Positions 1 through 7,295 are shown, counted from the stretch's first letter. The stretch: DNA of 10,682 nucleotides from a virus (IMGVR_UViG_2541047502_000022:1-10682); one strand, 5' to 3'. The notes: a model not told the origin generated them from the letters alone. Numbers and translations are program-made.

Positions 1-15
1 GAGTTGGTATTCCAT

Positions 16-66
16 GTTAAGCATCCACAGGCTGGTATCTGCAACCGATTATAACGGATGCTTAAC
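16..66. repeat. 11-bp perfect inverted repeat GTTAAGCATCC / GGATGCTTAAC with 29-bp spacer, function unknown
   Basis: Arms at 16-26 and 56-66 are exact reverse complements. No U-tract follows. Lies upstream of int near the presumed left boundary of the element. Confidence 0.45.
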
Positions 67-218
67 GTAATGCGTGAAGTATGGACATATTTTATCAATT
101 AGTGTTTTTTGTCGTTTCATAATGTTTCAGATTGTTCATTATATTTTTGATTATAAACAGATTTGTGATTTTCCTTGTTCCAGCTTGTTTCACGTTGTAG
201 CCCTTTGTGCAACGATCG

Positions 219-242
219 GTGTAGTTAATGGTGTAGTTAATT
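219..242. repeat. Tandem direct repeat GTGTAGTTAAT(G/T) x2 immediately upstream of the integrase start
   Basis: GTGTAGTTAATG at 219-230 and GTGTAGTTAATT at 231-242, 11 of 12 identical and head to tail. The position suggests a protein-binding site or int promoter element. Confidence 0.45.
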
Positions 243-263
243 GTGATGACCGGAATCAAAATT

Positions 264-1493
264 ATGAGCAGAGCACTTAACAAACTGAGCGATACACAGC
301 TGAGGAAAATCAACGGCACACCCGCCCAAAAAACAGCCTTTCTTAATGACGGTGGAAACCTGAGCGTCAGGCATTCAACCAGTGGCCTTTTAACCTGGTA
401 TTTCACTTACAGGGCCGGAACGGGAAGGGGGGCACCACCGGAACGCATTAAGCTGGGAAATTATCCTGATCTGAGCCTGAAATCAGCCAGGGAAAAAGCC
501 GCCCAGTGTCGCGCATGGCTGGCAGAGGGGAAAAATCCACGTCATGAGCTTAATTACACCGTACAGGAAGCGTTAAAGCCGGTAACGGTTGGCGATGCGC
601 TCACCTACTGGCTTGAGTCGTACGCAAAGGAAAACCGCGTGGATTATGCCGCCCTGAAAAAGCGCCTTAATAATCACGTAATACAGCACATTGGTGCTAT
701 GCCGCTGGATAAATGCGAGCTACGGCACTGGCTGGCCTGTTTTGACCAGGTGGCAAAGCGAACGCCTGTTACTGCCGGATTCTTGCTACAGACGTGCAAA
801 CAGGCGCTTAAGTTCTGCCGGAGGCGGCGCTATGCAATCAGCAACGTTCTTGATGATATGAGTGTGGCGGACGTTGGGAAAAAACCGGATATAAGCGAGC
901 GTGTCTTAAGCACCAAAGAACTGGGCGAATTATTGCAGGCACTGGACAAAAAAATATTCTCCCCCTACTACATCGCGTTAATCCGCCTCCTGATTGTGTT
1001 CGGATGCCGGACGGTAGAACTGAGGTTATCGGAGATCAGCGAGTGGGATTTTACCGAAATGCTCTGGACCGTTCCGAAGGAGCACAGCAAAACGAAGGTA
1101 GCCATATTCCGGCCTATACCGGAAGCAATACTGCCGTTCATCACGCAGCTGGTGGAGCAGAACAGGCACACGGGCTTATTGCTGGGGGAAGTGAAACAGG
1201 AGGCCAGCGTATCGCAGTATGGAAGATTAGCGCACAGGAGGCTTAATCACCCTCACTGGTCACTGCATGACATCCGGCGCACCTTTACAACCATGCTGAA
1301 CGATTTAGGCGTTGATCCGCATGTCGTGGAGCAGCTTACAGGCCACCAGATGCCAGGAATGCAGCGAGTTTATAATCATTCCCGTTATCTGGATGCGAAA
1401 CGCAATGCGCTGGATATGTGGACGGAGCGGTTAGGGATACTGGCGGGAACACATGAAAACGTAACCACGCTACCAGTAGCCAGAAGAAAATAA
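264..1493 (+). CDS. int: Tyrosine site-specific integrase, P4-like
   Basis: ORF 243-1493. The C-terminal catalytic region has HDIRRTF (H-x-x-R) and YNHSRYL (catalytic Tyr); the N-terminus (KLSDTQLRK...NDGGNLSV) resembles the arm-binding region of P4-type integrases. ATG at 264 gives the usual N-terminal length; GTG 243 and ATG 246 are alternatives. Confidence 0.9.
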   Translation: MSRALNKLSDTQLRKINGTPAQKTAFLNDGGNLSVRHSTSGLLTWYFTYRAGTGRGAPPERIKLGNYPDLSLKSAREKAAQCRAWLAEGKNPRHELNYTVQEALKPVTVGDALTYWLESYAKENRVDYAALKKRLNNHVIQHIGAMPLDKCELRHWLACFDQVAKRTPVTAGFLLQTCKQALKFCRRRRYAISNVLDDMSVADVGKKPDISERVLSTKELGELLQALDKKIFSPYYIALIRLLIVFGCRTVELRLSEISEWDFTEMLWTVPKEHSKTKVAIFRPIPEAILPFITQLVEQNRHTGLLLGEVKQEASVSQYGRLAHRRLNHPHWSLHDIRRTFTTMLNDLGVDPHVVEQLTGHQMPGMQRVYNHSRYLDAKRNALDMWTERLGILAGTHENVTTLPVARRK

Positions 1494-1511
1494 TTTTTTT
1501 CGTGTTTTTTC

Positions 1512-1525
1512 AGTATGCGCATACT
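1512..1525. promoter_or_regulatory. Perfect 14-bp palindrome AGTATGCGCATACT, candidate operator
   Basis: Exact self-complementary 14-mer 19 bp after the int stop codon, in the int-alpA intergenic region. Confidence 0.35.
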
Positions 1526-1546
1526 GGATATGCGAACAGATACAAC

Positions 1547-1586
1547 GTGCAACAATGAGCAACAATGTGGAACAACTACGAACAAG
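1547..1586. repeat. Four helically phased imperfect repeats (GCAACAATG / GCAACAATG / GGAACAACT / CGAACAAGA)
   Basis: Roughly 10-bp periodicity of an N-G-N-AACAA core in the int-alpA intergenic region; candidate binding-site array for integrase arm, IHF or a regulator. Confidence 0.3.
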
Positions 1587-1857
1587 AGGCGAAAAAGCGT
1601 ACGGATTTATAAGTAGCTGATTTTTAATGTGTTACTGGTTTTTTATACACTAGCGAATCACTCTTTAAAGAGCGAGAAAAAAGGCATGGAACAATATTTT
1701 ATGCCTTTGTATTAACATGAATTTAAAAGATTTTATTCTTACTTTTTCATTTTCTGTAAATCATACATCCTCAGTATTTGCCATTCATCACTCTAGCGGG
1801 AACAATACGACACAATAAGACACCTGATGACTCTTTAAGAAACGAAAGGGGGCAATA

Positions 1858-2046
1858 GTGTTAAGCACTGATCGGTTTATACGTGAAAAAGAATGCGAAA
1901 AACTAACCGGCCTTAGCCGTACGTGTCGCTACCGCCTGGAAAAGGCCGGACAATTCCCATCACGTCGTAAACTTGGCGGTCGTTCCGTTGGCTGGTCTTT
2001 ATCCGAGGTTCTGGCCTGGAAGGATAGCTGCAAGGCAGTTCATTAA
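1858..2046 (+). CDS. alpA: AlpA-family transcriptional regulator / excisionase-like protein
   Basis: 62-aa protein with GTG start preceded by AAGGGGG 7 nt upstream. Sequence (CEKLTGLSRTCRYRLEKAGQFPSRRKLGGRSVGWSLSEVLAW) fits the AlpA/MerR-like small HTH family. Sits immediately downstream of int, as in P4-like islands and PICIs. Confidence 0.85.
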   Translation: MLSTDRFIREKECEKLTGLSRTCRYRLEKAGQFPSRRKLGGRSVGWSLSEVLAWKDSCKAVH

Positions 2047-2192
2047 TCACGCTGGCGGCACACAGCCGCCACACATCAATCATCTGAACACAGAGCTATA
2101 ACCATGAAGATTGAATATACGCCAGAACGTGGGCGGGGATTCGTTCGCCCTGGTGAGACTGGAAAACCACAAAATTGGGGTTTTTCAGGCAT

Positions 2193-2226
2193 AAAAAAAG
2201 CGGCCCCGAAATGGAGCCGCCTTTCT
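2193..2226 (-). terminator. Intrinsic terminator for the minus-strand RHH operon
   Basis: On the minus strand, GCGGC (2220-2216), an 11-nt loop, GCCGC (2204-2200), then seven U (2199-2193). The stem can extend by G-U and A-U pairs. Confidence 0.45.
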
Positions 2227-2315
2227 GAACAGATAACCCGCTGCGCCTTATGTGTATATGATCCCAAACATAAGCACGGGGATGATAGCCGCTATCAGGC
2301 TGGTGGGCAATGCTA

Positions 2316-2504
2316 TCAGTCTGGTTCAGTTCGTTGCCATACCTGCAATGGGCGCGTTTCCCTGTACTCTTTAAGGAATTGCTCAAGGGCAAAAGCACAT
2401 GGCGCGAATCTTTCTGATTCATGCTCTATCTTTCTGCGCCGTCTTTTCCGTGCCGGTGATAATGTTTTGGTCAATTCTTTATCGGTCATTGTGTTGTCCT
2501 GCAT
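2316..2504 (-). CDS. Hypothetical small basic protein, second gene of the minus-strand RHH operon
   Basis: 62-aa ORF in the same frame and strand as the RHH gene, starting 43 nt after its stop and lying before the minus-strand terminator. Contains a basic patch RKRRRRK. Weak RBS; alternative start at the internal Met (2489). Confidence 0.25.
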   Translation of the reverse strand: MQDNTMTDKELTKTLSPARKRRRRKIEHESERFAPCAFALEQFLKEYRETRPLQVWQRTEPD

Positions 2505-2546
2505 AGCAATGCGCCGTAATACCTCACACCACGGCGCTGATAGTTT

Positions 2547-2720
2547 TTATCCTTTGGGTTCTATGCCGCGTTGCTGTAATTCTTTGCGGAGAACGCGTTT
2601 AATCCAAGTGGCTAAAGATGTGTCGCCATCGGCCTTAGCAGCTTCTTCTAGCTGCGCTCTGAAGTCTTCCGGTAATCGCATTTGGTATGGAGGCGAACGT
2701 TTTTCTAATGGTGTTGACAT
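2547..2720 (-). CDS. Ribbon-helix-helix (Arc/CopG-type) DNA-binding protein, candidate repressor of the island
   Basis: 57-aa ORF found by hand translation of the minus strand: MSTPLEKRSPPYQMRLPEDFRAQLEEAAKADGDTSLATWIKRVLRKELQQRGIEPKG. The MRLPEDFRAQLEEAAKADG...S..A.I motif is the hallmark beta-strand plus helix A of Arc-like RHH proteins. Divergent from the plus-strand operon, with palindromic sites over its own start. Confidence 0.7.
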   Translation of the reverse strand: MSTPLEKRSPPYQMRLPEDFRAQLEEAAKADGDTSLATWIKRVLRKELQQRGIEPKG

Positions 2721-2762
2721 GGTAATTACCCTTTATTGCTATACCTACATGGTAATTACCAT
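2717..2762. promoter_or_regulatory. Paired palindromic operator candidates (ACATGGTAATTACC x2, core GGTAATTACC)
   Basis: The 14-bp direct repeat occurs at 2717-2730 and 2747-2760, each with the perfect 10-bp palindrome GGTAATTACC; the second extends to a perfect 14-bp palindrome ATGGTAATTACCAT (2749-2762). Centres are 30 bp apart. The first overlaps the RHH start codon and RBS. Confidence 0.5.
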
Positions 2763-2787
2763 TGTACTTGCCATTACACAAAAATCA

Positions 2788-2821
2788 ACGCCCCGCAGTG
2801 CTGGGAACACATACGGGGCGT
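2788..2821. other. 8-bp perfect stem hairpin (ACGCCCCG / CGGGGCGT) with 18-nt loop in the divergent control region
   Basis: Arms at 2788-2795 and 2814-2821 are exact reverse complements. On the minus strand it is followed by TGATTTTTG, so it may insulate the RHH promoter from upstream minus-strand transcription. Confidence 0.35.
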
Positions 2822-2850
2822 CTAACCAACAACGTAAACTAGGAGCCGTT

Positions 2851-3048
2851 ATGGTTGCCGTAAATCATATACCACACCTTGTACACACACAAACGGCCTT
2901 TGTGTGGCGTTTTCTGGCACTGAGTGCCGGAGAATCTCAAATCATCCACGTAACCGCCTGGACGGAACGCGAAGCGCGTAACCGTTGCCCGTCCGGTTGT
3001 GTTGCTGTATTTGCCGCCCGTATTCGTCAGGAGGTGCGCCATGATTAA
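2851..3048 (+). CDS. Icd-like small protein (putative host cell division inhibitor family), first gene of the plus-strand operon
   Basis: 65 aa; ATG 2851 preceded by AGGAG (2841-2845). The motif FVWRFLAL...TEREAR...VFAARI matches my recollection of the Icd-like family common in P4-like islands; assignment is from memory and unverified. Its stop overlaps the next start. Confidence 0.5.
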   Translation: MVAVNHIPHLVHTQTAFVWRFLALSAGESQIIHVTAWTEREARNRCPSGCVAVFAARIRQEVRHD

Positions 3049-3253
3049 TCTGTCACTTACTGACCTTAACCGCATTCAGTTTCGTGAGAAATTCACAGGG
3101 CAGCTACTGGTCAATGTGGATAAAGGTCGCGTGGTGTGTAATTACCACTTACCAGATGAAGCAATTGTCGCCACAAGGGAATCATTACAGGAAATCACAA
3201 AACGTGCCGGAATGATTAACACGAATATTCAGGGGATGCTTTATGCACAATAA
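3041..3253 (+). CDS. Hypothetical protein (70 aa)
   Basis: ATG 3041 with a strong RBS AGGAGG (3029-3034). Overlaps the upstream gene stop and the downstream start (ATGCACAATAA). No recognisable motif. Confidence 0.6.
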   Translation: MINLSLTDLNRIQFREKFTGQLLVNVDKGRVVCNYHLPDEAIVATRESLQEITKRAGMINTNIQGMLYAQ

Positions 3254-3707
3254 AACCACACCGGACGCAGCCGCCGAAGCCATCAAAACGCTGATGCACG
3301 CGCTGATTGATATTTCTGTTATCGCGGACAGGGCACATAAGCACGCCACCAGCGAAACAGAATATGCCGGTGCTTTCGTTCCTCACTCACTGGCTGTCAT
3401 GCAATTTAGTGCTGATACGGCGCTGAATGAGGCCAAAGCTATCCTGATTGCTGATTGTGAAAATGGGGGGGTTATGCGTGATGATCGTTTTAATTCCCTG
3501 AAACAGGAATTTTCCGGCGTTCCTGATGATGCGGCTGATGCGCTTTCGTCAATGCCAGAACTTATTAGAGCGGCTTTTTTCTTACTTTCCACGAGAGAAT
3601 ATAAATCAACGGGGCTTGATGTACTGAATATCGCCGCCGATTATGCGGAATATGTGGCAGAGGCGCGTTATAGAAGAAAATTTCCTGAGGATGTAAGCCA
3701 TGCGTGA
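3243..3707 (+). CDS. Hypothetical protein (154 aa)
   Basis: ATG overlaps the previous stop (translational coupling). Acidic, helix-rich composition; no motif recognised. Confidence 0.65.
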   Translation: MHNKTTPDAAAEAIKTLMHALIDISVIADRAHKHATSETEYAGAFVPHSLAVMQFSADTALNEAKAILIADCENGGVMRDDRFNSLKQEFSGVPDDAADALSSMPELIRAAFFLLSTREYKSTGLDVLNIAADYAEYVAEARYRRKFPEDVSHA

Positions 3708-3933
3708 TATTTACCACCAAACAATAGACCGCGCATTTCTTGCACTTTCTCACAGTGAAAACATGATGGAAATATTGCGCATATGGCTTGAAACACTTGG
3801 CGACAATGAACGCGACAAACAAAAATCAAGAATTGCCACGGCATTAATAACGCTTCTTGAGCCTGTAATAATGGAACTGCAAGAAATAGATCTATTGCAC
3901 GACAGATATAAAGAACAGCACACCGGAGAATAA
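3700..3933 (+). CDS. Hypothetical protein (77 aa)
   Basis: ATG 3700 overlaps the previous stop (ATGCGTGA). No motif recognised. Confidence 0.6.
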   Translation: MRDIYHQTIDRAFLALSHSENMMEILRIWLETLGDNERDKQKSRIATALITLLEPVIMELQEIDLLHDRYKEQHTGE

Positions 3934-3938
3934 AAATA

Positions 3939-4238
3939 ATGAAACTTAAATATTCTGGCTTAACTGCCAGTGGCAACACTCACCCTAAATTTACGCGCGG
4001 TGATATTTACCGCGACCAGTACGGCGGCACGGTAATGATTAAGGGCGTGGAAGAACGGCGCGTAACCTACCGCCGTGAAGGTTACGAATATGATTGCGTG
4101 ATGCCTGTTTATCAGTTCCGGCGTGATTTTTCTCTGGTACAGACCGCGCCGCATAACGTGCCCACCAGCAACGCCAGGGCACGGGCAAACATCCAGAAGC
4201 TGAAAACCATGGTTAACGGATTCAGGGGCAAGAAATGA
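3939..4238 (+). CDS. Hypothetical protein (99 aa)
   Basis: RBS GGAGA 7 nt upstream; its stop overlaps the helicase start (ATGA). No confident motif. Confidence 0.6.
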   Translation: MKLKYSGLTASGNTHPKFTRGDIYRDQYGGTVMIKGVEERRVTYRREGYEYDCVMPVYQFRRDFSLVQTAPHNVPTSNARARANIQKLKTMVNGFRGKK

Positions 4239-5635
4239 AAAGCGCACCGAACTTAAAAAAACAGCCTTACGACAAGATGACCGAAGTCATTATTTTTGCG
4301 GGTAGTGATGCCTGGGCACATGCGAAACAGTGGCAGGAACAGGACGGGCGACTGGCTGGCGATAATGTGCCTCCCGTTGTGCTGGCTGATGATCAACTGG
4401 ATGAACTGGCAGAACTGAGAATCATCGACGAGGGGCGCTATTGTGTCCGGCTGTACAAGGCAGGCCACATCAGGCCATCAAATATTAATGCCATTGCGCA
4501 CAAGCTGGCGGCGGCGGGTGTAACTGATGCGAATTATTACCCCGAAGGGATGCACAGCCATATGCGGGAGAACTGGCGCGAATACCTGGAACGGGTGCGC
4601 GGGAAAGAGCCGGCGGAAGAAAAAAACCACCAGCGAAAAACCACGCTACCGATGAGCGTTGGATCTACCGGATACGACACGCAACTGGATTACGTGGTTA
4701 AGGGGATTATTCCGGCGGTATCGCTATGCAGCATATACGGGGCTAGCGGGTCCTATAAATCATTCCTTGCCGGATCGTGGGCGTGCCATGTTGCCACTGG
4801 TCGCCAGTGGGGAGGCCGCAGGGTTGCACATGGTGCGGTTCTCTATGTGGTTGGTGAAGGCGGTATAGGTGTTCCGCGTCGTGTAAAAGCCTGGGAGGTT
4901 GTGCACGATGAGCAGGTGAAAAATCTGTATCTGGTAAACCGCCCCATCTTTCCGGCTGCCCCGCTTGATGTTGATGAAATGGTTATCGCTGCCCGTCAGG
5001 TGGAGCGGGAAACGGGTAAACCTGTACGCATGATTATTCTGGATACGCTGGCGCGTTGCTTTGGTGGGAATGATGAAAATGATTCCCGTGATATGGGGGC
5101 GTTTATCCGTGGTTGTGACGAACTGAAACGACGCACAGGGGCCACGGTGCTGGTGGTTCACCATTCCGGCAAGGATGAGACGAAAGGCGCGCGCGGTTCC
5201 AGTGCATTTCGTGCTTCGCTGGATGCTGAATACCGGATACGCAGGGAGGACGCAGGAAGCGAAGCGCTGGTTATCTCATGCACCAAAATGAAGGACGCGG
5301 AGGAACTCAAAGAAGCCGCATATGACTTACGCGTGGTGGAGCTTTTTACCGACGCTGACGGTGAATTAATCACGTTGCTGGTGGTGGTGGATGATCCGCG
5401 CCCTCCTGTTGAACTGGAGCGCATCGAGGAGGCAGGGAACAAGACGGAAAACCATACCGCGCTATGGGGGTGCATCCGTTCACGCACACAGAACGGCGAC
5501 AAGTGCACGATCCCGCTGTTACGTGATGACATGAAAAAGCTGGGGTATGAAATGAAAAACTTCCGGCGCTGGCTGTACAAGCTGGAAAAAGATGGGGTTA
5601 TTCGTATCGATGGGGATGATGTAGCGCCGCTATAA
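4235..5635 (+). CDS. Replicative helicase-like ATPase (RepA / AAA_25 RecA-fold family), candidate island replication initiator
   Basis: 466 aa. P-loop YGASGSYKSFLAGSWACHVATG (Walker A), hydrophobic stretch plus Asp MIILDTLARCF (Walker B), and VVHHSGKD, typical of RepA-like hexameric helicases. The N-terminal ~140 aa are uncharacterised. An iteron cluster follows immediately. Confidence 0.8.
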   Translation: MKSAPNLKKQPYDKMTEVIIFAGSDAWAHAKQWQEQDGRLAGDNVPPVVLADDQLDELAELRIIDEGRYCVRLYKAGHIRPSNINAIAHKLAAAGVTDANYYPEGMHSHMRENWREYLERVRGKEPAEEKNHQRKTTLPMSVGSTGYDTQLDYVVKGIIPAVSLCSIYGASGSYKSFLAGSWACHVATGRQWGGRRVAHGAVLYVVGEGGIGVPRRVKAWEVVHDEQVKNLYLVNRPIFPAAPLDVDEMVIAARQVERETGKPVRMIILDTLARCFGGNDENDSRDMGAFIRGCDELKRRTGATVLVVHHSGKDETKGARGSSAFRASLDAEYRIRREDAGSEALVISCTKMKDAEELKEAAYDLRVVELFTDADGELITLLVVVDDPRPPVELERIEEAGNKTENHTALWGCIRSRTQNGDKCTIPLLRDDMKKLGYEMKNFRRWLYKLEKDGVIRIDGDDVAPL

Positions 5636-5826
5636 AAGTGAGGAGCAAAAGCGAGGGGGATAGAAAGAGGGCCAAAATTAGCCCGCTCTCCCTCACTTTT
5701 CGACCTGTATACATCCTCAAAAGTGAGGGGTAAAAAAATACTTATGAAACACACACATAGAAAAACCGAAAATCCCAACTGCGACGAAGTGAGACGCTTG
5801 AAAAAGTGAGGCGAAAAAGTGAGAGG
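5633..5826. repeat. Iteron cluster, candidate origin of replication
   Basis: Six copies of the core AAGTGAG: 5633-5642 (+), 5689-5699 (inverted, CCCTCACTTTT), 5718-5729 (+), 5787-5794 (+), 5801-5813 (+), 5814-5826 (+), flanking an A-rich segment. Placement directly after the helicase gene matches PICI ori architecture. Confidence 0.5.
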
Positions 5827-5835
5827 TTGCGAGAA

Positions 5836-6087
5836 ATGACCCAAAAACGCAGAGACAGAACAGAGCCAAAATATAAAGCGTTAGACATGACTGAGCACAC
5901 CTTAAAGGTGGCAATCAGAACGATAGACCGCCACACGCGGGAAGGATACGCGAAGGAACATCCCGACCTGATAAGCGCATTCATGACCACGGCGGCGGCA
6001 AACTTTGCCACGCTGACAGAACGGGAGATTGCCGAAGCGGAACAGGTAACAACCATCAACGTTAAAACCGGAGAGGTGGAATTATGA
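5836..6087 (+). CDS. Hypothetical protein (83 aa)
   Basis: ORF 5806-6087. ATG 5836 is preferred (RBS GAGAGG 5821-5826); GTG 5806 lies inside the iterons. Its stop overlaps the ssb start (ATGA). Confidence 0.5.
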   Translation: MTQKRRDRTEPKYKALDMTEHTLKVAIRTIDRHTREGYAKEHPDLISAFMTTAAANFATLTEREIAEAEQVTTINVKTGEVEL

Positions 6088-6494
6088 CGGCACAGATAGC
6101 CGCTTACGGGCGGCTGGTGGACGACCCGCAGGTAAAACAGACCAGCAAGGGCACACCGATGACGCTGGCGCGTATGGCGGTATCTTTGCCATGCAGCCAG
6201 GCACAGGACGGACAGGCGACGTTATGGTTATCGGTCATCGCATTTGGCAAACAGGCCGGCTTCCTGGCTAAACATCAAAAAGGCGATGTTGCCAGCGTAT
6301 CCGGCACGATGCAGGTAAGCCAGTGGACCGGACAGAACGGAGAAACGCGGCAGGGCTGGCAGGTTATCGCAGACAGCGTAATCAGTGCCCGCGCGGCACG
6401 TCCAGGCGGGAACAGACGCAAAACCACAGGCACACAGGGTAATCAGCCACCAGCGGGAGGCGATGACCCTTACGGTGATGATATTTCGTTCTGA
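6084..6494 (+). CDS. ssb: Single-stranded DNA-binding protein
   Basis: 136 aa. OB-fold pattern (AAYGRLVDDPQVKQTSKGTPMTLARMAVSL...LWLSVIAFGKQAGFLAKHQKGDVASVSG...QWTGQNGETRQGWQVIAD), a Gly/Pro/Gln-rich linker, and an acidic C-terminal tip DDPYGDDISF like the SSB tail. Confidence 0.8.
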   Translation: MTAQIAAYGRLVDDPQVKQTSKGTPMTLARMAVSLPCSQAQDGQATLWLSVIAFGKQAGFLAKHQKGDVASVSGTMQVSQWTGQNGETRQGWQVIADSVISARAARPGGNRRKTTGTQGNQPPAGGDDPYGDDISF

Positions 6495-6504
6495 GGGGGT
6501 GACG

Positions 6505-6777
6505 ATGGTACATGACCGCATAGCGGAGGAACTGGAGGCGAAAGGCTTTTACCGGAGGGCGGCGGCGCGATGGGGTGAAGTCATGCAGCTGGTGGAGACA
6601 GACAAGGAACGGCATCACATCACGATGCGACGGCTGGAATGTTCAAGGAAGGCACAGAGGGCACCGGAGCCGCCGGATAATTTCGGAGACCTGAAAAAGG
6701 CAGTCGATCGCACTTATGCCGAAATGGGTATAGATGGTGCTGGTGATGAAATATGGCGCAATTACCAGGACAGCTAA
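6505..6777 (+). CDS. PerC-like transcriptional regulator (putative)
   Basis: ORF 6385-6777; likely start ATG 6505 with RBS GAGGGGG. The N-terminal motif AEELEAKGFYRRAAARWGEVM resembles the PerC/Pch family as I recall it; unverified. Confidence 0.55.
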   Translation: MVHDRIAEELEAKGFYRRAAARWGEVMQLVETDKERHHITMRRLECSRKAQRAPEPPDNFGDLKKAVDRTYAEMGIDGAGDEIWRNYQDS

Positions 6778-6782
6778 TCAAA

Positions 6783-6807
6783 CAGCCGGAGAAATCCGGC
6801 TTTTTTT
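6783..6807 (+). terminator. Rho-independent terminator
   Basis: GCCGGA, GAAA tetraloop, TCCGGC, then seven T (16-mer GCCGGAGAAATCCGGC at 6785-6800). Confidence 0.7.
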
Positions 6808-6903
6808 GCACCAGTTGAAACGGTATGGCGCATTACCGGGTTTTCGTCACGGTCAGGCATAGTTACTATCTGAAACAAACAGACACAACAGAGGAAAAAA
6901 ACA

Positions 6904-7128
6904 ATGCCGATGAAATTTGATGAGATATTAAAACAGCGTGATAAATACCATGCTGACAACATGGAGACGATGAGCATCAATGATTACCGCGCATTCCTGG
7001 AGACGGGCGCACTGATTGAAAAGGATCAGCATGGTTTTGTGAGATGTGCTCTATCCGGTGAAATGCTGGCGGTAAATCCTGAACAGATAGATGCATTGAT
7101 AGAATTTCTGAAAGAGATCAGAGACTGA
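6904..7128 (+). CDS. Hypothetical protein (74 aa)
   Basis: RBS GAGGA upstream of ATG 6904; followed by two tandem terminators. No motif recognised. Confidence 0.6.
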   Translation: MPMKFDEILKQRDKYHADNMETMSINDYRAFLETGALIEKDQHGFVRCALSGEMLAVNPEQIDALIEFLKEIRD

Positions 7129-7147
7129 GCCAGCACACAGCACACAT

Positions 7148-7170
7148 AGCCGGAGCAATCCGGCTTTTTT
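7148..7170 (+). terminator. Rho-independent terminator, second copy of the same hairpin
   Basis: AGCCGGA, GCAA loop, TCCGGCT, then six T. Same stem as at 6785 and 9422, one change in the loop. Confidence 0.7.
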
Positions 7171-7182
7171 GCGCCCAAAAAA

Positions 7183-7218
7183 AGCCCGATAAGGTCAGAG
7201 GGTTCTTATCGGGCTTTT
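7183..7218. terminator. Bidirectional terminator-like hairpin (11-bp perfect stem)
   Basis: AGCCCGATAAG (7183-7193), 11-nt loop, CTTATCGGGCT (7205-7215), flanked by a 7-A run upstream and TTTT downstream. Confidence 0.6.
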
Positions 7219-7295
7219 GCATATGAGGTTTTTGGATGCACTGGCGTTCGTGATCGGGATAATCATTTCATAATTTGCAACATAACTCAATATCA

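Noticed and set aside
243-263. GTG 243 or ATG 246 as the integrase start
   Set aside because: Both are in frame and possible, but ATG 264 gives an N-terminus that aligns better with the conserved start of P4-type integrases; the start remains uncertain by 7 codons.
74-406. Overlapping small ORFs upstream of and within the integrase 5' end (74-280 plus, 95-406 minus)
   Set aside because: Hydrophobic low-complexity translations with no RBS, overlapping the repeat region and the int start; most likely noise.
2053-2071. Hairpin TGGCGGC-ACACA-GCCGCCA just after the alpA stop, considered as a terminator
   Set aside because: Perfect 7-bp stem but no U-tract on either strand, so not called an intrinsic terminator; may be an RNA-stability element.
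2096-2422. 108-aa minus-strand ORF
   Set aside because: It runs through the minus-strand terminator hairpin and overlaps the better-supported small basic ORF in another frame; no motif or RBS.
2104-3048. 314-aa stop-free plus-strand ORF spanning the alpA-distal region into the operon
   Set aside because: Its translation is Cys/Ser/Arg-rich and not protein-like. It runs antisense across the minus-strand RHH gene, the basic small ORF, the minus-strand terminator and the operator palindromes. Only its last 65 codons (2851-3048), which have their own RBS and the Icd-like motif, look real. The long open frame is statistically unusual and would merit a ribosome-profiling check, but I do not call it a gene.
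5633-5826. Repeat cluster considered as a possible CRISPR array
   Set aside because: Repeats are only 7-10 bp, in both orientations, irregularly spaced, and no cas genes are present; they fit iterons.
5158-5844. 228-aa minus-strand ORF
   Set aside because: Serine-rich low-complexity translation, antisense to the 3' end of the helicase gene and to the iteron region; shadow ORF.
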